A stretch of 64,000 bases of DNA from Vulcanimicrobiota bacterium (GTDB taxonomy: Bacteria > Vulcanimicrobiota > Vulcanimicrobiia > Vulcanimicrobiales > Vulcanimicrobiaceae). A model generated the notes under the pieces. The model did not search any database, was not told where the DNA came from, and was given only the letters and a program-made list of their open reading frames with translations. This document shows positions 11,348-18,381 of this stretch, piece by piece. The translations under genes were made by a program, and so were the position numbers. The DNA is taken from NCBI GenBank assembly GCA_963794735.1, contig CAWCFE010000002.1, forward strand, positions 2,374,141 to 2,438,140, in the 5' to 3' direction. The first letter of the stretch is position 1. Each line of letters opens with the position of its first letter.

Positions 11348-11860
11348 ATTTGTGGCACTACGCGCGCCGCCAGATTGGGCTTCTTGTTGTCGTTGGGATG
11401 TGGGAGGCTTTTGAGCATCGGTTTTTTGGAAACCGCGAGAGTTCCAGCGCTCCTGGAGGAACGAAAGGATGCGACGGTGAGGGATGGGTTCCCTCGATGC
11501 GATGATCGCGTGAACGTGCCGCATCGTATCTTCCTGCGGTAATCCATGTGCAACCAAAATCGCCGCTCTGACGTCACAGCCTGACGCACGAAGACTGTCT
11601 CGAACTGTCCGTAGTGCTGAAAGTGCCGCGGCCCGTTTGTCGCCCCACGATGCGACAAGCGTCGTTACGTGAATGTCCTCTAAGGTGCTCGCGAGCGTAT
11701 CAATGGCGGCGGCCTCTTTGTCGAGGCTTTCTCCATTCCAGACTAGCAAAGCCGCGTGGCGGCCATCGCGCTGCAAGTAGCGCAGGTGGCGAATAAACGG
11801 CCGTCGTTCGAGGCTTCGAATTCGCCCTACGTATACTCTGGACGCCCTAGCACTGCTCAT
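11343..11860 (-). pseudogene. relaxase-like gene, N-terminal part (MobA/VirD2-type His motif)
   Basis: AILVAHGLPQEDTMRHVHAIIAS resembles the relaxase HxDxxxxHxH motif. The last 18 codons of the listed ORF are read out of IS sequence. Confidence 0.5.
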
Positions 11861-11888
11861 AACGAGGCCTTATTTTCTAATTCAGGCA

Positions 11889-11903
11889 ATAGTCCTAGAC
11901 TAT
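11889..11903. promoter_or_regulatory. palindrome ATAGTC-CTA-GACTAT in the divergent relaxase promoter region (candidate operator or oriT element)
   Basis: Perfect 6-bp arms in an AT-rich 97-nt gap between divergent genes. Confidence 0.25.
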
Positions 11904-11957
11904 AGGCGTGGAAGAGATAATAGGAGGGCGATTGAGTTCAACGACGAAAATGCCGTC

Positions 11958-12296
11958 ATGAAGCCAAAGGTGACTCCAGAAAAGCTCGAGGAGCTAAGAC
12001 GTGCGGTGGAATCTTTCGAACCGCCGGACACCTCCGCGCTCGAGGAACAGCTCGTCGGATTCATCAGGTCACTGCTCAAGAAAAAAGCCAAGGACGAGCA
12101 TGTAATTGCGCTGTTTTCCGCCCACGAGATTAAAGTTTCCCAGCGCTGGATTAAGCAAAAAATACGATCGGTGCGTTCACGGCAGACAACTTCATCCGAT
12201 GCAAGAAACGAAAGCAAGGCGCCACGCTCAAGGCCCCGGAAAGAAGAGATCACTCCAAAGCCGCCCAGTAAGCGCTCTGAAGGCGACGGGTTCTAG
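11958..12296 (+). CDS. hypothetical Lys/Glu-rich protein
   Basis: 112-codon ORF divergent from the relaxase-like gene. Confidence 0.4.
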   Translation: MKPKVTPEKLEELRRAVESFEPPDTSALEEQLVGFIRSLLKKKAKDEHVIALFSAHEIKVSQRWIKQKIRSVRSRQTTSSDARNESKAPRSRPRKEEITPKPPSKRSEGDGF

Positions 12297-12418
12297 TCTC
12301 CAGGCGGCGTCGAAGTTACTCCGCTCGTATACGCCGATGGGTCGCGACCATCTCTTCCCCAACACGCGGCCTTTCAGGCGACGGGGCACCCGTGTTACAC
12401 TCGGAACGGAGAAATATC

Positions 12419-12694
12419 ATGGCAGGAGTCAATCGCAAAGGGAGTCACCGAGTTTTCATCAGTGCAGCGCTCCGCCGACTCGGCCAGCGCTACGCCAAGG
12501 AAACGGGGATCCCACCGATGGGCCCTGCCGATCCCGAGACCGGGCTGTACCGGCCGCGTGACTTCTACTCGTATGACGAGCAAAAAGGCAAGCCGGTTCT
12601 CTCGGACGAGGAAGCTGCTGCGGCACAGCGAGACCTCGAACGCCGTGCGGCGATCGCGGAAGAGAACGAGCGACGGCCGGCTACCGCAGAGTAA
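12419..12694 (+). CDS. hypothetical protein
   Basis: ATG preceded by GGAG at 7-nt spacing. 91 codons. Confidence 0.4.
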   Translation: MAGVNRKGSHRVFISAALRRLGQRYAKETGIPPMGPADPETGLYRPRDFYSYDEQKGKPVLSDEEAAAAQRDLERRAAIAEENERRPATAE

Positions 12695-12749
12695 CGCGAA
12701 GCGACCGGTTGAGCGCCGAACACCGGACACGCAAAAGGAGCACTCGACC

Positions 12750-12872
12750 ATGTGGCTCGACCGCCTCAGCGATTGGATTGTCAGCGTTCTCGCCCCGATA
12801 ACGGGCGTGCGGGTAGGTCCGCCGTTAGAGGAAACGATTCGCGAACTTCGCGAGAGCGGAGAACTGGACTAA
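12750..12872 (+). CDS. hypothetical 40-aa protein
   Basis: ATG preceded by AAGGAG at 7-nt spacing. Below the ORF-track size cut as a separate gene. Confidence 0.3.
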   Translation: MWLDRLSDWIVSVLAPITGVRVGPPLEETIRELRESGELD

Positions 12873-12932
12873 AGGCAACGGGTCTACTTATCGTCATCCG
12901 ACGAGCTAAGCTCAATCGTGAAGCGCTTTCGC

Positions 12933-13340
12933 CTAGTCCCTCTGGGATGTCCGCGCAGTCCGCTGGCTCCGTCGACGCTTGATACGCGTCGGTAGTAAAG
13001 GCTTTGCGAGCTCGTCTAGAAGCTCGACAGTGCGACGCGCCGTCGTACGTGCTTCTTCAAAGGCGACGAGCCGCTTCGTATCAATCTGACTTTCGAAGGT
13101 GGCTGAAGCGAGCTGCGGGCCAACCATGCTTTGAACCGCCTCGTCTAGAGATAGGCCAAGCGCAACGGCAATGCGCACGACCGTCCCGAAGGACGGATCC
13201 GGCCGCATACTGCGCTCCACTTTTGATATCTGTGACGCGCTAAATCCCGTCATCCTCTCGAGGTCCTTAAGGGAAAGTCCCGAGCGTTCACGGGCGTCCC
13301 GTAGCACAGCGCCGATAACGCGTTTCTGCTCTCGTGCCAT
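12933..13340 (-). CDS. XRE-family HTH transcriptional regulator
   Basis: LRDARERSGLSLKDLERMTGFSASQISKVERSMR is a classic Cro/C1 HTH. Confidence 0.8.
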   Translation of the reverse strand: MAREQKRVIGAVLRDARERSGLSLKDLERMTGFSASQISKVERSMRPDPSFGTVVRIAVALGLSLDEAVQSMVGPQLASATFESQIDTKRLVAFEEARTTARRTVELLDELAKPLLPTRIKRRRSQRTARTSQRD

Positions 13341-13387
13341 TTAGCGGCTGATTCGTGAGGGGAAGGGGCGGCACGGCTGTCCAAATG

Positions 13388-13416
13388 ACCATAGTTATGG
13401 TGGTCAAGTGGCCACT
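13388..13416. promoter_or_regulatory. two palindromes (ACCATA-GT-TATGGT and AGTGGCCACT) upstream of the XRE gene
   Basis: Read directly from the sequence, 48-76 nt upstream of the XRE start. Confidence 0.3.
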
Positions 13417-13465
13417 GCTTGGATCGTTAAATTTTCCAGGTGCGCGGGAGATGGAGCTTAGCTAA

Positions 13466-13933
13466 ATGGGCGGGCGCGACGGAGGCCAGGTGGGCGGCAA
13501 GCCAGCTACGCATGCAGAGTTTGCACTTGCGGCGCCTCAAATAGAGTTTCTCGAGGGCGTTGGTTCGTGGGTTAGCGCCGATGCCGAACACGGCGATGGC
13601 TTTGGATACGATCCCGCTTGGAGTCAACTTCCCAAGCAAGTAGCTGTTTGGGATCCACTCCTAAAGACAGGTCGCCACGGCCCCTATCAAGCGTCGCTCG
13701 CCCGCGTGGATATCAATGTTCCGCTCGCGAGCGAGTTCTCAATCTTTATCGTCTATGGTTGGGATGTCACCGGGCCGCGCATGCACTTAACGACGAGCGC
13801 ACAAGGCGCCCGATACCTGCTCGGCAAGTTGGGAGCCGGCAAGATATTCGAAGTATCCAACAAGAGCCTCTGGTCGGCAATCGCCGAGGATTTGATCGAG
13901 CAGCGTCCGCGTGGAGCGCAGAACGATGCGTAG
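13466..13933 (+). CDS. hypothetical protein
   Basis: 155-codon ORF; start uncertain. Confidence 0.35.
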   Translation: MGGRDGGQVGGKPATHAEFALAAPQIEFLEGVGSWVSADAEHGDGFGYDPAWSQLPKQVAVWDPLLKTGRHGPYQASLARVDINVPLASEFSIFIVYGWDVTGPRMHLTTSAQGARYLLGKLGAGKIFEVSNKSLWSAIAEDLIEQRPRGAQNDA

Positions 13934-15143
13934 ACTCGCGGTAATCGCCGTATGCATCGTTTTTGCTGCTTCAGGATGTTCTCCGAGTCCCGCTGACATC
14001 GCCTCGCTGAATCTTCCACAGGGAATTCCGGCAACGATCAAAGCTGATTCCGCAGCGCCGAGCGTTACACTAAGCTACTACGACGTTGCTCCCAAGACGA
14101 GCCAAGCAGAATACTATGCAAGGGGTTTGGCTATTGGGTCGGATGGCAACGTCTGGTTCGACGTCACGACGCAAAACTATATGTCCTCCGAGTTCTTAAG
14201 GGTCTCTCCAAGCGGCACAGTGCTGGGCAGTTATCCCCTATCTGGAAGTTGTGCTGGCCAACTCAATTGCAGGGGCGTGGTCGCCGGCCCAGATACCGCG
14301 ATATGGTTCACGTACACAGTCCCATTAGCGCCGTACGGCCGCTCATGGAAAATCGGCCGGCTTAGCACTGCGACTGGAACGCTAGGACAACTGAGCAAGT
14401 ATAGTGTCGCGCGCGTCTTTTCAAGTACTTACGGCACCTCCGCAATGACCGTTGGCTCCGATGGAGCTGTCTGGGCGTTGGAAAACCGCCCGAATCTTGC
14501 GAGAACGGCAACGGGCGGCGCCAGCGGTCCTGTCGGCAAGTCAAGTCAGTTCGCAATCCATTTTTCGCATCAGGTTGCGCAATTCGATCCGCCGATCGTG
14601 TCCGGCCCCGACGGTGCGCTTTGGTACTCGTTGCCGGCGGTCCCGCCGCCCTCGGGTCCTAAATGCTCGATACCTTACGTCGGCAGAACGACGACTAGCG
14701 GCGCCACGACGACCTATGCAATTCCACCGGGCCGATTCGGGCCAGGCTGCGACGGGGTACTGCTTGCATCGGGATCCGATGGGAACGTGTGGTACGCCGA
14801 CGACTACAACTACGATTTCTGCCGAATGACGACGGCGGGCGTAACCAAGAAGTGCTACTTCTACGGCAATACGTTTTGGGGCAAAATCGACTCAAATTTC
14901 TTCGATCTCACAGTCGGATCGGACGGAGCGTTTTGGGGAATCACGCATAACGGCTATTGCCAAAACTATCTCGTCAGGGTTACGACTAGCGGCTCATTCT
15001 CGTCGTATCGGCTCAAAGGCGTATTCCCAACCGCGATCGTGAAAGGCGGGGCGAACGATCTCTGGATTGCAGACCAGGACCAAGCCGGCGAATGCAACAG
15101 CGGAGGCGGCGAGAGCGCCGGTTTGGTTCACGCGGTACTATAG
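13926..15143 (+). CDS. secreted lipoprotein with Vgb-like (streptogramin-lyase-type) beta-propeller repeats
   Basis: Lipobox FAASGC. Repeated GSDGNVWF / GPDTAIWF / GSDGAVWA / GPDGALWY / GSDGNVWY / GSDGAFWG. Confidence 0.65.
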   Translation: MRRLAVIAVCIVFAASGCSPSPADIASLNLPQGIPATIKADSAAPSVTLSYYDVAPKTSQAEYYARGLAIGSDGNVWFDVTTQNYMSSEFLRVSPSGTVLGSYPLSGSCAGQLNCRGVVAGPDTAIWFTYTVPLAPYGRSWKIGRLSTATGTLGQLSKYSVARVFSSTYGTSAMTVGSDGAVWALENRPNLARTATGGASGPVGKSSQFAIHFSHQVAQFDPPIVSGPDGALWYSLPAVPPPSGPKCSIPYVGRTTTSGATTTYAIPPGRFGPGCDGVLLASGSDGNVWYADDYNYDFCRMTTAGVTKKCYFYGNTFWGKIDSNFFDLTVGSDGAFWGITHNGYCQNYLVRVTTSGSFSSYRLKGVFPTAIVKGGANDLWIADQDQAGECNSGGGESAGLVHAVL

Positions 15144-15180
15144 GGTCCCGCACCTGAAAAACTCGTCGCGCGAACGCGCA

Positions 15181-15201
15181 GGTCGGGAAACTTTCCGGAC
15201 C
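15181..15201. promoter_or_regulatory. imperfect palindrome GGTCGGGAAACTTTCCGGACC, 34 nt before the hicB-like start
   Basis: A second copy sits at the identical distance from the next gene. Confidence 0.45.
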
Positions 15202-15235
15202 TGAGGGACTTGTTCTGATCCGAAAGAGGGATCGA

Positions 15236-15586
15236 GTGAGATACACCGTTGTGTTTGAAACCGTGGACGGCTCTGTCAGCGCGTTTCTTCCCGACATGCC
15301 CGGTGTGGGTGTCGTCGGCGGATCTCGCCTGGAAGCGCTCCAGCTCCTGGATAAAGCGGTGCAATGGCACGTCGAAGACCTCATTCGTCGCGGCGATCCC
15401 ATCCCGGAGCCGAGCTCCGCCGACCTGCCCGTGGGAACGGTAACTGTTCAGATCAATCGCACCTTCGTCCAGAGCGTGGCCGAAGGGCTGCAAACGTATG
15501 TGAACGCGCCGCCGACCGAAAGCGCGGTGTTCGCTGCCGTTAGCATGCGTTTGTCGGCTCTGCGAATCGTCGCGCGCGATGCGTAG
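15236..15586 (+). CDS. HicB-family antitoxin-like protein (no hicA partner found)
   Basis: MRYTVVFETVDGSVSAFLPDMPGV..EALQLLDKAVQWHVEDLIRRGDPIPEPS matches the HicB N-terminal fold pattern. GTG start. Confidence 0.7.
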   Translation: MRYTVVFETVDGSVSAFLPDMPGVGVVGGSRLEALQLLDKAVQWHVEDLIRRGDPIPEPSSADLPVGTVTVQINRTFVQSVAEGLQTYVNAPPTESAVFAAVSMRLSALRIVARDA

Positions 15587-15665
15587 AACGCTAGCGCACA
15601 TATACTTGGGCTAAAACGTCGGTGCGGCCGGAAACTAACGGACGATCTGGCGAAACGTCAAGCCA

Positions 15666-15687
15666 GGTTCGGAAAACTTTCCCGACC
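15666..15687. promoter_or_regulatory. imperfect palindrome GGTTCGGAAAACTTTCCCGACC, 34 nt before the phosphatase-like start
   Basis: Second copy of the 15181 motif. Confidence 0.45.
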
Positions 15688-15721
15688 TCGGCGTGTTCAA
15701 TTCGGTGGAGAAAAAACTCTC

Positions 15722-16156
15722 ATGCTCAAGCGCGTGATCGTCGGATCCGATGAAGCTGCGGAGATCTTCAACTCCGATGAACCGTACGCTGTCATCTCCT
15801 TCGTCGACTCTTGGCACGGGCGACGCCCTACGCGAATCCAACACCCTCCAACCTTGCTGGGCCGTATTGTGGTGCGCGCGGATGACTGCGAACCCGGCGC
15901 TAATCTGACCAATCTGCCCGACTTGATTGCGTTATCAGAGAAGGACGCCCGTCGCGTAGCTCGCTTCGTGCGCCGCCTTGCGCCCCAGATTGAAACCCTG
16001 CTCATCCATTGCCGTCACGGTCTCGGGCGCTCTCCGGGGGCGGCGATCGCCGTCGCCAGAGCCTATGGCCTCCCCCGAAAAGGTCTCGCCGCCTGGCCGC
16101 GTTGGCCGAATCCGCACGTACGACGGTTGTTGGCACGCGCGTTAAGAGCGCTCTAA
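15722..16156 (+). CDS. Cys-based protein phosphatase-like protein (HCX5R signature)
   Basis: HCRHGLGRS P-loop signature. Confidence 0.6.
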   Translation: MLKRVIVGSDEAAEIFNSDEPYAVISFVDSWHGRRPTRIQHPPTLLGRIVVRADDCEPGANLTNLPDLIALSEKDARRVARFVRRLAPQIETLLIHCRHGLGRSPGAAIAVARAYGLPRKGLAAWPRWPNPHVRRLLARALRAL

Positions 16157-16237
16157 GGCTGCAGCGCCGGCTTTAGTGTGTGCGTCCGCGAGCGTCCGCG
16201 GCCGTCCGGGCTTGTCCACCCCTGGCCTCTGACCTGG

Positions 16238-16306
16238 TTGGGATGCAGCCAGAGGATCGAACAGAAGGAGTAAGGATGCGTGTGATCCAATGCTGGCTGT
16301 CCCAAT
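16238..16306. other. long imperfect inverted repeat (TTGGGA(TG)CAGCCAG ... CTGGCTGTCCCAA) enclosing a T-arm-like GGATCGAAC
   Basis: 13-bp arms with a 2-nt bulge. Lies between the phosphatase-like gene and the integrase module. Confidence 0.4.
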
Positions 16307-16817
16307 GATCCGGGGGATAGGAGCCCACTCGGCAATGGACGATCAACTTAATCCGCTAGCGGCGCTGCAACCGTGCGTGTACCGCATTCGAATATTCGAG
16401 TTTCGAGCGGTGGTCAGCCACAAAAACAAAGATGCCGCTCCCGGCGCCCATTTCGATATGAACATAGAAAACATCGGCCTCATTCGCCTACTACAGTTGA
16501 TTCGTGCGGATTGGGACAATCGGCGTATTTTCTATAGAAATGAGCACACCGGTGACAAAAACGCTCGCGAGCCTTTACGGCCGCTCCCTTTCGATGAGTT
16601 AAACGAATTCGCAAGCATGATAATCTGTAAAATTCTTGACGCCGGCGGACCTTACGAAAAAGAGTACGTCATAGAATTCCCGACGGGCAGAATCTTTGCG
16701 ACGTGCTGGCACGATCGCGCTGCTTTGCGAGAAATCAATCCAGGCGTTAGGTCAAAGAGTTCGCCGCGCGACCGCAACTCTTCCAATGAACAACCCTTAC
16801 TTCGAGCTGTGGAGTAA
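16290..16817 (+). CDS. hypothetical protein, first gene of the xis-int module
   Basis: 175-codon ORF ending 5 nt before the excisionase-like gene. Start uncertain (alternative ATG at 16335). Confidence 0.45.
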   Translation: MLAVPMIRGIGAHSAMDDQLNPLAALQPCVYRIRIFEFRAVVSHKNKDAAPGAHFDMNIENIGLIRLLQLIRADWDNRRIFYRNEHTGDKNAREPLRPLPFDELNEFASMIICKILDAGGPYEKEYVIEFPTGRIFATCWHDRAALREINPGVRSKSSPRDRNSSNEQPLLRAVE

Positions 16818-16822
16818 AACCA

Positions 16823-16993
16823 ATGGAACGCTATCTATCGATCGAGGAAGCCTGCGAAATTTTGCGGTGCGGCCGTTCAAAAACTTACGATCTAATGTAT
16901 ACCGGCAAGCTTCGGTGGTCTAAGCCAGCTGGGCACCGAATTATTGCCGAGGCTGAGATTCAAGCGTACATCGAAAGCTGCCAACATTGTTAG
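16823..16993 (+). CDS. excisionase/AlpA-type HTH DNA-binding protein (56 aa)
   Basis: Hand translation gives MERYLSIEEACEILRCGRSKTYDLMYTGKLRWSKPAGHRIIAEAEIQAYIESCQHC. Below the ORF-track size cut. 24 nt upstream of the integrase. Confidence 0.7.
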   Translation: MERYLSIEEACEILRCGRSKTYDLMYTGKLRWSKPAGHRIIAEAEIQAYIESCQHC

Positions 16994-17017
16994 CAATCAC
17001 GGAAGAGACGAGCATAA

Positions 17018-18250
17018 ATGGCTAAACGACGACGAGTCAAAGGCGAAGGCACGATCGTCAAACGCAAAGACGGCCGCTTCGAGTCGAAAATCTCGCTTGG
17101 AATCGTAAACGGCAAACGAATCCGTAAGACTGTTTACGGAAAATCTCAAGCCGAGGCGCTCAAGAAGAAGCGAGAACTGGAAGCGCGCGCGGGTCGCAAC
17201 GTGCCAGATGGCAGGCTAAGCGAGTACCTCGAGCAATGGCTCCGTGACGGCAAGTCTCGCTGGGAACCGCAAACGTATCGAACGTATCTTGCATGGTTAA
17301 GGAATCACGTCTTGCCGTATTTCGGCTCGCGAAGGATAGCCTCATTGACCTCACAGGACATCCGGGTCTGGCTCCGGCAGCTCGAGGACAACGACGTTGG
17401 GCCAGTTACAAGAAAGCGTTCCTTGTCGACGTTGAAGTCCGCCCTAAAGCAGCTCGTCGACGAGGAGCTGCTCCCCAGAAACCCATGCAATCCTGTAAAG
17501 CCGCCAGTAGTTAGACGTCGCGAGTTTTACGTTCCGAAACCCGATGAGATCAAAGTCCTCTTGCACGTCGCGCAGCCGTACTGGTTCTTTGTGTTGGTTC
17601 TTGTCGCGTTCACGTGCGCTATGCGCGAGGGAGAGATCTTCGCGCTTTATTGGAGTCAGGTCGATCTCAAAGAAGGTAGCGTTTTGGTCGATCGCAGCTT
17701 GGGCGAGGACTGGAATGGCAAGCCGATTCGAAAAGAACCTAAAAACAAGTACTCGCGCAGGGTCCTGTATGTGCCACCCGTTACCGTGGCTGCTCTGCGA
17801 AAGCTCAAGGAAGAGCAGGTCAACGCCGGTTACCTTGGTCCGTGGGTCTTCCGAGATGAAGAAGGCGGACCGCTTCGGAAAAGCAATTTTATCAGGAGAC
17901 TTTGGAAGCCCCTTATCGACACCGCTGGCCTACCGTACTTCAAGTTTCACGCTGCGCGGCACGCTAGCAATTCGATCTTGATCGCGCAGGGCGAGAATCC
18001 ACTCGCAATCGCGCGCCGTATGGGTCACGCCGATACGCGCATGACGTTCGATACATACGGGCATTTTTTTGAAAATGGGGCAGTGGCTGCAAGCAAGGTC
18101 GGCCGCGCTCTGGATGAGGCCGGTGTAAATGTTGAGGCGTTCGGACTTGGTGAGCCGTTGAAAACGCGCCCAGCCACGGCGCAAGACAATAAGCGACAAC
18201 TGCCGTCGTCGAAACCCGTTTCTAGGCCCTCGCAGGGTCGAAGAAGATGA
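17018..18250 (+). CDS. int: tyrosine recombinase / phage-type integrase
   Basis: Catalytic pattern AMREGE (R), HAARHAS (HxxR), GHADTRMTFDTYGH (H..Y). Confidence 0.9.
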   Translation: MAKRRRVKGEGTIVKRKDGRFESKISLGIVNGKRIRKTVYGKSQAEALKKKRELEARAGRNVPDGRLSEYLEQWLRDGKSRWEPQTYRTYLAWLRNHVLPYFGSRRIASLTSQDIRVWLRQLEDNDVGPVTRKRSLSTLKSALKQLVDEELLPRNPCNPVKPPVVRRREFYVPKPDEIKVLLHVAQPYWFFVLVLVAFTCAMREGEIFALYWSQVDLKEGSVLVDRSLGEDWNGKPIRKEPKNKYSRRVLYVPPVTVAALRKLKEEQVNAGYLGPWVFRDEEGGPLRKSNFIRRLWKPLIDTAGLPYFKFHAARHASNSILIAQGENPLAIARRMGHADTRMTFDTYGHFFENGAVAASKVGRALDEAGVNVEAFGLGEPLKTRPATAQDNKRQLPSSKPVSRPSQGRRR

Positions 18251-18381
18251 GCGTTCTACTGTCTGGCTTGCGTGGCGCAACGTAACGATGGTCGAGCCGG
18301 GCCGTATCTGCGGCAGAGTGTTCGAGGCGTCGATTTTAACTAGACAGTGAAACCGGCGGCCAGCGAGAATCAATCAAGCGC

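Noticed and set aside
15147-15235. Looked for a hicA toxin gene beside the HicB-like gene.
   Set aside because: The upstream gap is only 89 nt and the downstream gap about 135 nt. No ORF of 50-80 codons with a HicA-like pattern exists on either strand.
16239-16266. Possible tRNA gene or tRNA 3-prime half (TGG..GGATCGAAC..).
   Set aside because: The sequences flanking the T-loop-like GATCGAA (CAGAG and CAGAA) are not complementary, and no acceptor or anticodon arm can be built. It is reported only as a structured element and a possible decayed fragment.
16100-17020. Searched for a direct repeat of the tRNA-Ala 3-prime end (TGGTGGAGATGAGGAGACTCGAACTCC) to define the distal att site.
   Set aside because: No convincing copy was found by eye. 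Only a weak CCAGAGG(A/G)T..GAAC resemblance to 29053-29066 appeared. The island boundaries therefore stay unproven.
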